Assembly: GCA_965214605.1 (NCBI GenBank)
Contig: OZ243961.1
Coordinates: forward strand, 4,064,001-4,128,000
From: an uncultured Candidatus Binatia bacterium
Lineage (GTDB): Bacteria > Desulfobacterota > Binatia > Bin18
DNA: 64,000 nucleotides
Direction of reading: 5' to 3'
In this document: positions 10,021 to 20,522 of the stretch, one piece after another
How positions within the stretch are numbered: the first letter of the stretch is position 1
Layout: every line of letters begins with the position of its first letter
The notes under the pieces: generated by a model
The model's input: only the letters and a program-made list of their open reading frames with translations
Told to the model about the DNA's origin: nothing
Database searches by the model: none
Position numbers and translations under genes: made by a program

Positions 10021-10947
10021 ATGGATGACCTAGATTTTTCCTCTCGGCTCAACACGATTGCTGAAGACCGCAGCCATGGGGCGGCCGAGCTTGCCCATCA
10101 ATGTCTGGAGCTTATGGCCGACAGCGCCCAATCGCTGTTTGTCGCCGAGGCTGAGGCCGGGCAGGCCGTACAAGCGCTTTACCGTCGGCTGAGCGAACAG
10201 GCCCGGCAGCTCGCTGCCAGCCGTCCCAGCATGACTCCCATCCAAACCTTACTGCTGCGCTGGCAGAACCGGCTGAGCAGCCTGCCGGCAACGACGCTGG
10301 CCGAGGCCCGACGCCAATCGGCCGAAGCTGCCCGGGTCTTGGTTGAGGAATCCCGTGACGCGTTGGTCAAGGTTGCAGCCCAGGCTCGAACGCTGATTGT
10401 GGCCGGCCAAACCATTATTACCCATAGCTTGAGCTCGACCGTCCTTGAAGTCTTTCGATCTTTGCCGACCGGTCACATTCGGGCGATTGTAACCGAGTCG
10501 CGCCCCCTGTATGAGGGACGTCGGGTTGCGGCCCGTCTGTCAGACCGGAGGATTTTCACCACCCTGATTACCGATGCTCAACTTGGCCTGTTCGTGCCTC
10601 AGGCGGATATAGCCCTGGTCGGGGCGGACAGCATATTGGCCGATGGCAGTGTTATCAACAAAGCCGGAACGTATGTCTTGGCCCTCGTTGCCCAGGACCA
10701 TGGGGTGCCGGTCTATGTGTGTGCCGAAAGCTGTAAACGGCATCCGTCCCACCTACCCGAGCCTGAGCTTGAAGAGACAGACCCGGCGGAGCTGAGTCTT
10801 GAAGATACCCCACCCGGCCCGTACCTGCAGGTGCGCAATATCTATTTTGACCGAACTCCGGCTCGGCTGATCTCGGGCTGGGTCGACGAATACGGTATCC
10901 GGCTTAACGACCGTCCGGAAGGCACGGCCGGGCTCCTGGTCACTTGA
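10021..10947 (+). CDS. eIF-2B alpha/beta/delta-like (sugar-phosphate isomerase) family protein
   Basis: RPSM, THSLSSTV, ESRPLYEG, VGADSI..NKAGT, FDRTP. Confidence 0.85.
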   Translation: MDDLDFSSRLNTIAEDRSHGAAELAHQCLELMADSAQSLFVAEAEAGQAVQALYRRLSEQARQLAASRPSMTPIQTLLLRWQNRLSSLPATTLAEARRQSAEAARVLVEESRDALVKVAAQARTLIVAGQTIITHSLSSTVLEVFRSLPTGHIRAIVTESRPLYEGRRVAARLSDRRIFTTLITDAQLGLFVPQADIALVGADSILADGSVINKAGTYVLALVAQDHGVPVYVCAESCKRHPSHLPEPELEETDPAELSLEDTPPGPYLQVRNIYFDRTPARLISGWVDEYGIRLNDRPEGTAGLLVT

Positions 10948-11016
10948 CCATGTGGTCCGTTTCTGGGCATGTTCTCGGCATCAAAAAAGAGCCGTGCTTG
11001 TGCTGGGAGAACGCCT

Positions 11017-11211
11017 ATGCTGCACCTCATCCTGGGAATTGCGATGTTGCTTGGCTCTAGCCTGTGTCTGGCCTGTGGTGCATGGGATCGCAGTCAGCGC
11101 ATTTTTATTCGCGGCACACCTTTGGCCAAATACAACGCGTGTCGTGAGATCCATCGGGATTCGCCCGCAGATATCGAGAAGCTGTGTACACCCTATCTGA
11201 ATGAGAGCTAG
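11017..11211 (+). CDS. Small putative lipoprotein
   Basis: GGGAGA RBS, hydrophobic leader with LAC lipobox, two further Cys. Confidence 0.45.
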   Translation: MLHLILGIAMLLGSSLCLACGAWDRSQRIFIRGTPLAKYNACREIHRDSPADIEKLCTPYLNES

Positions 11212-11220
11212 GTTGGGAGC

Positions 11221-12045
11221 ATGTCCGGGCATAAGGGGAAGCCTCTGGTTTGGAGCCGGCCTATTTGGTCTCGGCTCACTCTCGGTCTGACCACCGTCAT
11301 GTTGGCCGCTTGCAGCACGGCCACGCCGCGCGCTCCCTTCTCTCCCAGGTTTGCCCCCCACGTTCCCAAGGTCATGGTCACCTGTGAACAGGCCAACCGT
11401 ATCGCCTACAGTATCATCAAAGACGTCGGCTATACACCGACCCAGCTCATCATAGCCACTCCAGAGCGCCAGGGATTGCTGGAGGGGACGCGTTTACGCC
11501 AGGGCGGTGAAGATATTGCCCGGGTCAGGCTGACCTGCACAGACGACGGCGTCGATGTCAAAAGCGAGTATGGGGGGTTGGCCGGTTTTGGCGCGATGAA
11601 CCAACGGTTTCCCGAGTACTTTTACGAACGTTTTATCGCCACAACGGAGATCTTATACCGTCACAAGCCGTATATTCCGCCGGATTCTGTGCAGGTGACA
11701 GTCACCCCACTCGAAGGATTTGATTCCCAACTGGAGTTTGGTCACATCGTGACCGACGTTCTCCCCATCCGGATAGAGATTGCCAATACCACCAATGAGC
11801 CATACCTCTTGGAGGCCGAACAGTTTGTGCTCCTAACTGCCGCCGGCGAACAGGTCCAGGCGCTCCAACCCAGCACAACGCCGTTTCCTGTCTCGCCCCT
11901 CAGCAGTCAAATGCTGGGTCCGGGCGCCCGCCTGACCGGTTATCTCTATTACCCGCCTGGCAGCTACACCGGCGCCCGGGGAGTATTAGTCGAAAAGAGC
12001 AGCCAGGAACGGTCTGGCTTTAACGTCTATTTTTCCAGTTTATAG
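11221..12045 (+). CDS. Hypothetical lipoprotein
   Basis: LAAC lipobox; 274-aa open frame. Confidence 0.65.
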   Translation: MSGHKGKPLVWSRPIWSRLTLGLTTVMLAACSTATPRAPFSPRFAPHVPKVMVTCEQANRIAYSIIKDVGYTPTQLIIATPERQGLLEGTRLRQGGEDIARVRLTCTDDGVDVKSEYGGLAGFGAMNQRFPEYFYERFIATTEILYRHKPYIPPDSVQVTVTPLEGFDSQLEFGHIVTDVLPIRIEIANTTNEPYLLEAEQFVLLTAAGEQVQALQPSTTPFPVSPLSSQMLGPGARLTGYLYYPPGSYTGARGVLVEKSSQERSGFNVYFSSL

Positions 12046-12067
12046 TTGATCCTATCCGCCGGGCGTC

Positions 12068-12820
12068 TCACTGTGCGATATAGCCGCCGTCCACCGGCAT
12101 GGGATGTCCAGTCACGAACGAGGCCGCATTGGAACACAACCAGACCACCGCCTCGGCAATCTCCTGGGGCTGCCCCAGGCGACCGTTGGGTTGAGCCGCC
12201 GCCATGGCGTCGATCACGCGCTCACTTGATCCTCGCAGCATGGGCGTATCAATAGGTCCCGGACAGACGGCGTTGACCCGAATATTGGATTTGGCGTATT
12301 CCAGGGCCGCGGTCTTGGTCAGACCGACTACGCCGTGTTTGCTGGCCACGTACGCCCCGGCACGCCTGAGCCCGATCAACCCGGCGTCAGAGGCAGTGTT
12401 GACAATGGCTCCGCCCCCCTGCTTGAGCATGTGGGCAATTTCGTATTTGAGACACAACCACACCCCCTTGAGATTAATCGACAGGATGCGGTCCCAGTTC
12501 TGTCCGGTATCATCGGCTACTCGTGCGGTCTGTCCGGCAATTCCGGCATTGTTGTACGCGCAGTCGAGGCGGCCATAGGTCTCAACCGTCTTGGCCACTA
12601 AAGCCTCGACCGCAGCGGTTTGGGCAACATCGGCCTTGATAAACGTCGCCTGTCCACCGGCCTGCTCTATTTGGCTGACCGTTTCTTCCCCGCCCTCAAG
12701 GGCTACATCACAGACCACCACCCGAGCTCCTTCACGTGAAAAGACCAAACACGCCTGTCTGCCAATACCCGACCCCCCGCCTGTGACTAGGGCAACTTTT
12801 CCCTCAACTAATCCCGCCAT
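12068..12820 (-). CDS. Short-chain dehydrogenase/reductase
   Basis: TGGGSGIG, NNAG, YVASK. Confidence 0.95.
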   Translation of the reverse strand: MAGLVEGKVALVTGGGSGIGRQACLVFSREGARVVVCDVALEGGEETVSQIEQAGGQATFIKADVAQTAAVEALVAKTVETYGRLDCAYNNAGIAGQTARVADDTGQNWDRILSINLKGVWLCLKYEIAHMLKQGGGAIVNTASDAGLIGLRRAGAYVASKHGVVGLTKTAALEYAKSNIRVNAVCPGPIDTPMLRGSSERVIDAMAAAQPNGRLGQPQEIAEAVVWLCSNAASFVTGHPMPVDGGYIAQ

Positions 12821-12924
12821 ACTATTCTCTCCTCTGCTGGTGAGCTTGGTTTTTCTGAGACAGGATTGTAGGGTGGATTGAGACGAAAGAAAACCCGTTG
12901 CGGAGTAGCAGTGCGAAAGTGACT

Positions 12925-13374
12925 ATGTCCACCACACACACCAGGCCGATCTTACAGAGACGGGAAGTTGTAACGGCCTTTCTCCGCTCTGCTGGGAAGA
13001 TCTTGCTCGTGCAGCGCAGCACCAAAACAGGCACCTACCAGCGGCGCTGGGCCGGCATTAGCGGCTACCTCGAAGACCCGACCCCGTTGCAGCAGGTCTT
13101 AAGGGAAATCCATGAAGAAACAGGTCTGGAAGAAACAACCGTCCACCTGGTGCGAGCCGGAAAGCCGCTCGAAATCCCAGCCCCAGAGTTGGCGACATAT
13201 TGGGTCGTCTATCCCTTTCTGTTTGATATTGATGCGCCCGACCAGATTTGCTTAGACTGGGAAAACACCGCTCTACTCTGGGTCTTACCCGAGCAGGTAT
13301 CGGCCTACCAGACGGTTCCGGGTCTTATGCAAGCCCTGGCCGCCTGTTTTGAGGAGGCCGAGGAACATCGTTGA
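12925..13374 (+). CDS. NUDIX hydrolase
   Basis: WAGISGYLE...REIHEETGL Nudix box. Confidence 0.88.
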   Translation: MSTTHTRPILQRREVVTAFLRSAGKILLVQRSTKTGTYQRRWAGISGYLEDPTPLQQVLREIHEETGLEETTVHLVRAGKPLEIPAPELATYWVVYPFLFDIDAPDQICLDWENTALLWVLPEQVSAYQTVPGLMQALAACFEEAEEHR

Positions 13375-13506
13375 CTTTGCCTGCCGTGCTGAGCGACATA
13401 TTGGGCAAATCCTTTGAGCCGTGTTTCAACAGTATACTGTTCGTCATGCTGGACAATGTTCCCTGTTTGTTCTGGGAAAGATGGAGGCACACAGAAAGGA
13501 TTGCAG

Positions 13507-13935
13507 ATGGCACTCTCACAAGAAGACACTCAACGTTTTTTGTCCGAGCCCCGTAACACCATCCTCGGCACTCTCCGTAAAGACGGCTCGCCGCAGCTGA
13601 ACCCGATGTGGTTCTCTTGGACAGGAGAGGTGTTTTATATTTCGACGACAAGGACACGTTTTAAGTATCAGCACATTCTCCGCGACCCCCGTGTGACGTT
13701 GTGTATTGATGAGGCTGAAACGCTGAAGACGCTTATCGTTGAGGGGCGGGCAACAGTGCGAGAACATGATATCTGGGAAATTACCCAGCGCATTGTTGAA
13801 AAATATGTTCAGCCCGACTACGTTGCCGCGCGTATGGCTCGCTTTCGGAGCGAGCCCCGGGTGCTGATTGTTGTCAAACCGGATAGGTGGGTGTCGTGGG
13901 ACCGGAGTGAGGAGGCGGGTTTGAAGGCGCGCTGA
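13507..13935 (+). CDS. PPOX-class (probably F420-dependent) oxidoreductase
   Basis: GTLRKDGSPQLNPMWF, K..HILRDPRVTLCID. Confidence 0.85.
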   Translation: MALSQEDTQRFLSEPRNTILGTLRKDGSPQLNPMWFSWTGEVFYISTTRTRFKYQHILRDPRVTLCIDEAETLKTLIVEGRATVREHDIWEITQRIVEKYVQPDYVAARMARFRSEPRVLIVVKPDRWVSWDRSEEAGLKAR

Positions 13936-13992
13936 GCCCGAGTCGGTCATGTCGAGCAATCTCAAGTTGGACGAGACGGGGAAACCGGCCCT

Positions 13993-14406
13993 ATGGCTAG
14001 CAAAGGCCGCAGCTTTCGGACTAGGTGGGTTAGCGGATTTGAAGTCTTGATCGGCAAGGGCGATGTCGAGAACGATCGTTTGACCTTCGCCGAGGCCGAG
14101 CCGCGCGACTTTTGGCTGCACGTGGCACAGGTGTCGGGCAGCCATGTTGTGATTCGGAATCCGGATTGTCTGAGCGACCTGCCCCGACAGGTCGTCGAGC
14201 AGGCTGCCCAACTGGCAGTCTGGTACTCCAAAGCCCGCAAGAGTCGAGGTAAGGTTGAGGTCCATGTGTGCCGCGTCTCAGATGTGAGTAAACCGAGCGG
14301 CTTTACGGCCGGAAAGGTGAGGCTCCGGCGCTGGTGGAGTGTCCGGGTCTATCCGGAAGAGCCGACGTCTGCGGCAGAAGAGACAAAAGACGAGAAACCA
14401 AGCTGA
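13993..14406 (+). CDS. Stand-alone NFACT RNA-binding (DUF814) domain protein
   Basis: IGK...ENDRLT, DFWLHV...GSHVVIR, AAQLAVWYSK. Confidence 0.85.
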   Translation: MASKGRSFRTRWVSGFEVLIGKGDVENDRLTFAEAEPRDFWLHVAQVSGSHVVIRNPDCLSDLPRQVVEQAAQLAVWYSKARKSRGKVEVHVCRVSDVSKPSGFTAGKVRLRRWWSVRVYPEEPTSAAEETKDEKPS

Positions 14407-14432
14407 GTCTGAGGACTCAGCTTACCTCGGGT

Positions 14433-15281
14433 TTAGGTCTCCTTAGAGGCAAAGAACGCGATCGTCCGAGCCTCAACGCTCTCACGGGGGGCGGCGTTGA
14501 CCGGACTGGCCGGATTCTCAAACGCGCTGTGGGCGGTAAAGCGGGCGGTACCGTCCGTTCGTGAATCGTAACACTTGAGGAGTAGAGCCTCATCGGGCTG
14601 CATATCTGAACAATAATACCAACGGTGGCCGGGGTGGTAGGAAACGGAGTAGACCTCTCCGGTCCGGTTTGGGTACTTGAGATCGGTGGCCACAAAATGG
14701 TCCTGACCGATGCTCTGGGCATCGCACACCGCCAGTGGGGTATCCTGCACTGGACCGCGAATCGGCCGCCAGACGTTGATAAAAGCAAAGCGGTGTTTGA
14801 GGCGTCCTTCGGCCTCCTGGGCGGGCAACAGGTCGCGGACGCGCTGCGGACCTGAGGCAGTGGTATAGTCGTTGTGACACGTTAGGACTGGCTCGCGGGC
14901 GCCGTCTTCTTCACGCTGTGCCCGCGGTGCGTTGCGCACGTTATGGTCAAAGACCAGCACCTTTTCGGCTCCGGTGAGGCGTTTTACCAACGCGGCGACT
15001 TCCGGGTAGTAGACGCGTTGTACCTCTTGCGCGTCGTAAAAATTGCCGACTTGGGTCTCCTGGCGGGTGAAGCTCAGCCCTTGGGCGTCGAGAGAAAATT
15101 GGTCGACAATCGGCCGGGCATCGTGAATCGGTACGGCGTGGGTGGTGTACCGGCCGTTACGCTGGGGAACGCCGGGTGGGGGAGGATAGAGATAGTAGAC
15201 AGGTTTTTCTTCCATATCGTCGGCTAGATAGTTCATCTGGGCTGTCACATACGCTAGCCCTTCTACACTGAGCTTCTCCAT
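14433..15281 (-). CDS. CmcJ/NvfI (AsaB-like) family oxidoreductase
   Basis: VFDHNVR, HNDYT, INVWRPI, PLAVCDA, HSAF, RESVEART. Confidence 0.85.
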   Translation of the reverse strand: MEKLSVEGLAYVTAQMNYLADDMEEKPVYYLYPPPPGVPQRNGRYTTHAVPIHDARPIVDQFSLDAQGLSFTRQETQVGNFYDAQEVQRVYYPEVAALVKRLTGAEKVLVFDHNVRNAPRAQREEDGAREPVLTCHNDYTTASGPQRVRDLLPAQEAEGRLKHRFAFINVWRPIRGPVQDTPLAVCDAQSIGQDHFVATDLKYPNRTGEVYSVSYHPGHRWYYCSDMQPDEALLLKCYDSRTDGTARFTAHSAFENPASPVNAAPRESVEARTIAFFASKET

Positions 15282-15422
15282 GGACGGCTCCTCCTTTGTC
15301 GGCGTGGGCAAAAAGGGTAGCGCACTCACCCCGGCTTGTACAGCCAGGGCGCTGTTCCCCGGAGCGTCTTGGGCCTGGTCTTGCGCAGGGTTTGGCACTT
15401 CAGATACACACCGAACACGCCT

Positions 15423-16082
15423 ATGACCAAACCTCCTGTGTACGAACAGATACAACTGAGCTATGAGATCACCGGCGACTTGTCGGTTGAGCTGATAGAG
15501 ATTTGCAACTGGCGGCCGGACTTTCCAGCCTGTGAGTACTGTGGCGATAATGAATACTGGAACATCGTGTGGCCGACAGGCCTGGCCGTGGCGCGCTATG
15601 TTGCCGGCCAGGTCATGCCCGAGCAAATTCGCGGCCGGCGCGTCCTGGTTGTGGGCTGTGGGGTTGGGCTGGAGAGTGTGGTGTTGGCCAAGTTGGGAGC
15701 CCGAGTGTCTGCGCTGGACCATGTGGCTGACGCGCTGTCCCTGGTTGATCTCAACTGCGCGTTAAACGGCGTGTCCGCCATTCACACGATTTGCTGCTGT
15801 TTGCACGATCCGAGTAGTCTTCAGACCCTTGGCTCCTACGATTGGATTGTGGGTGGAGATGTCCACTACGAGCCGGAGAACGCCACCTGGGTACGAGCCT
15901 TGTTGCAAACGGTCTTAGTTCCCCACGGACGGGCGGTCTTTGCCGACCCGTTTCGAGAGGGCGTAGACGAATTTTTTGACGAGTTGCCCCCGGACAGATT
16001 CCGGCTGCGGGAGCACCTCACTCAGGTTGGATGGATTCGCGACACGCAGGCCGTGCGCATCTACGATATCGTCGGTCGCTGA
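15423..16082 (+). CDS. Methyltransferase-16 / lysine methyltransferase-like protein
   Basis: YWNIVWP, VLVVGCGVGL, GGDVHYE. Confidence 0.8.
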   Translation: MTKPPVYEQIQLSYEITGDLSVELIEICNWRPDFPACEYCGDNEYWNIVWPTGLAVARYVAGQVMPEQIRGRRVLVVGCGVGLESVVLAKLGARVSALDHVADALSLVDLNCALNGVSAIHTICCCLHDPSSLQTLGSYDWIVGGDVHYEPENATWVRALLQTVLVPHGRAVFADPFREGVDEFFDELPPDRFRLREHLTQVGWIRDTQAVRIYDIVGR

Positions 16083-16085
16083 GGG

Positions 16086-17285
16086 CTATATCACTTCCTG
16101 ATCTTTGAGTTGGGCGATTTCTTGGGCTGATAAACCCAGCAGCTCTCCATAGACCAATTCGTTATGCTGTCCCAGGCTGGGACTTGGCGCATCAATGCCG
16201 AGCGGTTTGTCGTCAATCCACCACGGTGAGCCGAGTACGGTCATTCTTCCTGCGGTCGGGTGATCGATATCCTGGAGCCTCCCCCGGGCTCGAAGGTGCG
16301 GATCGGTGATAATCTCACCCACGTCTTTGACCACACCACAGGTGATAGAAGCCGCCGAACAGCGCTCCATGACGGCTTGTTTTCCGTTCCGCAGCGTCCA
16401 AGCGCTGACTAGTGCGTCAACCTCGGCAGCGTGTTTTCGGCGGTCCCGATTTGTGGCAAAACGAGGATCGTCGGCGAGCTCCGGGCAGTCCATCAGCTGG
16501 CACAGAGTACGCCAGCGCTGGTCGTCTAGAGTGAGCAGAAAGACATAGCCATCCTTAGTCGGATAGCAGTTATAGGGAGAAATGCGTCGATTGGGAGCTG
16601 CATTTCCCTCACGTTGGTAGGTGCCGTCTTGCGAGATAAAGGTTGCGATCTGAGCGATCATTGGGCCTACTGCTGCATCATACAGCGAGGTTTCGACGAG
16701 GAGTCCTTGGCCGGTCCGGTCGCGCTGGCGCAGGGCGCCAAGAACGCCGGTCGCCAAATGGATTCCACCCAAAACATCCATAACCGGCGGGCCGGCTTTC
16801 ATCGGCGGACCGTTGGGGTCGCCGGTGCTACTCATCAGGCCCGACATGGCCTGAATAATGGAATCAAAGGCTGGATAATCGCTGTAGGGGCCATTCCGTC
16901 CATAGCCGGTGCTGGCCGCATATACTAGCTGGGGATTGAGCTGTTTTAAGACTTCATAGCCGAGACCAAGTTTGTCCATAACGCCAAGGGCAAAGTTTTC
17001 GACGACCACATCGACCTGAGGGATGAGCCGCCGAAAGAGCTCTTTACCAGGCCCGGTCTTCAGGTTGAGGGTGATACTTCTCTTGTTGGAGTTCAGCATG
17101 ATGAAGGGAAAACTCTCGTGAGCGGCACCGCGAATAGGCAACAGTGAGCGGGCTCTCTCGCCCTGGCCCGGAGGTTCAAGCTTGATCACGTCTGCGCCCA
17201 GAAAGCTGAGCATCAGAGTGGCGTAAGGACCGTTGATAATATGGGTAAGGTCGAGAATGCGGACATCATCCAGGGCTTTCAGCAT
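16086..17285 (-). CDS. CaiB/BaiF family CoA-transferase
   Basis: LGADVIKLE, NSNKRSITLNLK, VVENF, AFDSIIQAMSG. Confidence 0.93.
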   Translation of the reverse strand: MLKALDDVRILDLTHIINGPYATLMLSFLGADVIKLEPPGQGERARSLLPIRGAAHESFPFIMLNSNKRSITLNLKTGPGKELFRRLIPQVDVVVENFALGVMDKLGLGYEVLKQLNPQLVYAASTGYGRNGPYSDYPAFDSIIQAMSGLMSSTGDPNGPPMKAGPPVMDVLGGIHLATGVLGALRQRDRTGQGLLVETSLYDAAVGPMIAQIATFISQDGTYQREGNAAPNRRISPYNCYPTKDGYVFLLTLDDQRWRTLCQLMDCPELADDPRFATNRDRRKHAAEVDALVSAWTLRNGKQAVMERCSAASITCGVVKDVGEIITDPHLRARGRLQDIDHPTAGRMTVLGSPWWIDDKPLGIDAPSPSLGQHNELVYGELLGLSAQEIAQLKDQEVI

Positions 17286-17764
17286 ATCTCCCTCCTTGAC
17301 AGGCGGAGTATACGCCATAGACTGGGGTCAGAGATAGCGGCCTGGTGGTGCATTCTTGTCTTGACCTAAAATTTCTGTCGTCGTCCACTACTGCAGGTGC
17401 GCCATGGGTGATGCCACCGTGCCACATCACCTCTGCCAAGTGCTGACCTGCATGGGGCAGCTCAAACCCATACACAGGCTTACGGGCAGGCAGGGCTCGT
17501 CCGGTATCTCTGGGGCGCTCTCGGGTTATGTTATGAAACTATGAAAGACGCTCAGCACGGAGACCTCCTGCCAGGCGTCTGAGACCTCATCGCTCGCGTC
17601 AGGAGCTTGCATACGCGGCGGCTTACGCGAAGTCGAGATCACGGAGGATAGCGATTGTAAGGCGTGTCGCGCTATAGGCAGGCACTCAGTACATGAGTAG
17701 AGAGAGAGGTTCGGAGAACAGGATGCTATCCGAGGGAAGGAATGCGCAGCATTGACGGGAGGCA

Positions 17765-17950
17765 TTGTTCCTCTCAGATCTGGAGCAGACAAAGGGATTT
17801 GAGTTCGACCTGGGGTACGTCGTCACCGTCAGCGATGGAGTGATTCCCAGTCCCATCACGCCAGAATAGTTTCGAGATCTGGCCAAGCTCTATGTCGCGA
17901 TGAGCCGGGCGGAGCTTCAACTCGTGCTTTCGTACTCTGTGCTCCTCTGA
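17765..17950 (+). pseudogene. Decayed SF1 (UvrD/Rep-like) helicase C-terminal fragment
   Basis: Manual translation LFLSDLEQTKGFEFD...PE*FRDLAKLYVAMSRA shows helicase motifs V and VI with an internal TAG. Confidence 0.7.
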
Positions 17951-18608
17951 CCTCTCTCTGGCCGAGAGTCTGCCGCGTTCCGGGCACTAGATAGAGCATG
18001 TTTCCTGGGAGAAGGTTTTGAATCCCGAAGTGCCCTCCCAACTCTCGAGGATTTGCGCAATCCTATGGACAAGGACCCTGCGGACGATGAGCCGCCTAGC
18101 GGTCGGGTGGCCGGAGGACAGCTTCTCTCTACGTCGGCATCCTAAGACTTTCGCCGCGGCTCATTGAAAAGCTCCACAATCTGGTAACGGGGCAACAAGA
18201 ACCTGCGTCTCATGGTGCTCCCGTTAATGGAGATCTCTCTCTAGCCGTGAGGGAGAGTCATGCCGTTCCTCAAGCAATTCGGACCAGAAGAGTTCTAAGG
18301 AGTTCAAGGGGCTCGCAAGGAGACTTTGGAGTTGCTAAACGGCACATCCTTTAGCGAATCCCAAGGGAGCGGAGCAGGACCTCTTGGCCCCGGGACCAAG
18401 CAACGGTTCTATCCGTACGGTTCTATCCGTAGTGAACTCGCTTGACATAATTTATGTCTCTCAGCTCTTGCAATACGTCGAAATTCGACGGCAACGAAGA
18501 GATGCCGAGCCCATGTTCTCTATCTCTGAACACGATCTCCAATCTGGAATCATCCCTCACGCTTGGGTCATGAAAGATCTGCGGGCGCGTGGCCCGCAGG
18601 TTGGGCTT

Positions 18609-20342
18609 CTAGGCGTGTCCGTGGCGTAGCAGCTTACCCGAGGTGTTGCCCGTACATTGCCCGTCTTCGAAGGTAGTTTGGCCGTTAACGATAATCGCCC
18701 GATAGCCTTTGGCCCGTTGCACGCGCCGCCACTCGCCTCCCGGAAAGTCGTAGGTGATTTCCCCAATCCAGTCGGGCTCTATGTCCAGCTCATCCAGGCT
18801 GTAGACCACCACGTCAGCCGCAGCTCCTTCGCGCAGGGTTCCACGGTCGCGAAAGCCTGCCGCGTGGGCTGGCAAGGCCGACAGCCGATAGTGGGCTTCT
18901 TCGAGGCTGATTTTGTGTTCGTCACGAACCAGCCAACGCAGAAAATCGGTCGTGAACGCTCCACCAGTAAAAAACTTGGTGTGCGCTCCGCCGTCGGACG
19001 CACCTGGGAAGGTAAACCGAGAATCGTTGATCATCTCGGCCGTATAGTCGGCGTTAAAGCCTCGGTTAGGACCGAGGAATTCGACGTTCAGATCACCGGC
19101 GATCGACAGGTCGAGCATGGTATCAATCGGATTTTTGCCCTCCTCTTGGGCGATCTGACCGATTGATTTGCCAACGTACTGCTCAAGCTCGGTCCGGTTA
19201 TTCGCACTCTGGACAATGAGGGTCGGGATAGCCCCGCCAACACCAGCCTGAATGACCTGTAGTTTACGGTCAGCCTCTTCGGTCTCGCGTTTGATAGCTT
19301 CACGCAGGGCTGGATTCTTCATTTTGGCCAGCTTTTCTTGCTTGGTACCGGTTGTCAGCTCCCGCCAGGCTGGGCTGGCATCGTACAGGTTCCAGTGCTC
19401 TAGGGTGAAGGCAAAGCCGGTCCGATGGGTTCCGGTCTGACCAAAAATCGGCAGACCACGCTCCCGACAGCGCTCCAGCCAATCAAGGCTGCGACGGTGC
19501 ACCTTAGGGTCTTTACGGGCCGCAACAATGACATTGTGGAGGAGCGGGCGCTGGGCAACCTCGGCCAGTTTTTCCAGAAACTTAAGGTCTTTTTTGATCT
19601 CGCCGGTCGATTGGGTGATCTGGATAAAGCCCTCAGCACGCTTGCGTAACACTTCGGCCAAATTCAGAATGTCCGCATCGTCCATAATATCGGTGACCAT
19701 TGGCGAGCCATCGTAATCGGCCTGGGTCGAATCTGGACCGAGACGTTGGATGGAAAAGCCGCACAGCCCGGCATCCATACCCTGGTCGAGCAGACGCTGC
19801 ATTTCTTGACGCTCAGCTGCAGTCGCCGGGCGGCTCTTGGCTGCATCAAGACCCATGACATAGGTCATCAGCGAGGCTGTCGGCATATATTGAATACAGT
19901 TCACGCCTTTAGGGGTGTGGTCGAGCGAGTCGAGATACTCTGGAATGGTCTCCCAATCCCAGTCCATGCCCATTTTCATCGCATCATACGGGATGGCCTC
20001 GGTCCGCGTCATGGTCAACATTGAGCGTTCGCGAAAATCCGGTTTGACCGGGGCAAAGCCAAAACCGCAATTGCCCAACACAACTGAGGTCACCCCATGC
20101 CAGCCCGAGATTGTGCAGTACGGATCCCAGCGAATCTGAGCGTCATAATGAGTATGGAGATCGACAAAGCCGGGGGCGACAATCAGACCATCGGCGTCTA
20201 TTACCTGCTTTGCCGAACCTGGAGCCCGCCCGCCAATCTGGGCGACTGTCCCATCCTTGATCCAGACATCGGCCCGGTAACGCGGTACCCGGGTACCGTC
20301 AACAACGGTCCCGCCCTTGAGCTGAATATCATATGTTGCCAT
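18609..20342 (-). CDS. N-acyl-D-amino-acid deacylase family amidohydrolase
   Basis: APGFVDLHTHYD, GNCG, SDGGAH, ADVVVY. Confidence 0.9.
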   Translation of the reverse strand: MATYDIQLKGGTVVDGTRVPRYRADVWIKDGTVAQIGGRAPGSAKQVIDADGLIVAPGFVDLHTHYDAQIRWDPYCTISGWHGVTSVVLGNCGFGFAPVKPDFRERSMLTMTRTEAIPYDAMKMGMDWDWETIPEYLDSLDHTPKGVNCIQYMPTASLMTYVMGLDAAKSRPATAAERQEMQRLLDQGMDAGLCGFSIQRLGPDSTQADYDGSPMVTDIMDDADILNLAEVLRKRAEGFIQITQSTGEIKKDLKFLEKLAEVAQRPLLHNVIVAARKDPKVHRRSLDWLERCRERGLPIFGQTGTHRTGFAFTLEHWNLYDASPAWRELTTGTKQEKLAKMKNPALREAIKRETEEADRKLQVIQAGVGGAIPTLIVQSANNRTELEQYVGKSIGQIAQEEGKNPIDTMLDLSIAGDLNVEFLGPNRGFNADYTAEMINDSRFTFPGASDGGAHTKFFTGGAFTTDFLRWLVRDEHKISLEEAHYRLSALPAHAAGFRDRGTLREGAAADVVVYSLDELDIEPDWIGEITYDFPGGEWRRVQRAKGYRAIIVNGQTTFEDGQCTGNTSGKLLRHGHA

Positions 20343-20522
20343 GCGTAATTCCTCCTCCGTACACGGGTGTTTCACATCGCTCTGCTATGAGGAGATGTTC
20401 CAGTCGACGCTGGCCTTCCTCTTATACAGGGTCGGTTCAAATCGATTGAGCTGCCCCACTCTATAGAACGGACCCGCCCGGCAAGGCAAGAGCTCTCTGC
20501 GCCGAGCCAGCTTACGCGGGGC

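Noticed and set aside
14433-15722. 429-aa long version of the CmcJ-family ORF
   Set aside because: The N-terminal extension overlaps the opposite-strand methyltransferase; the RBS supports ATG at 15281
18403-18430. 14-bp tandem duplication acggttctatccgt x2
   Set aside because: Short, lies in decayed DNA, and has no evidence of function
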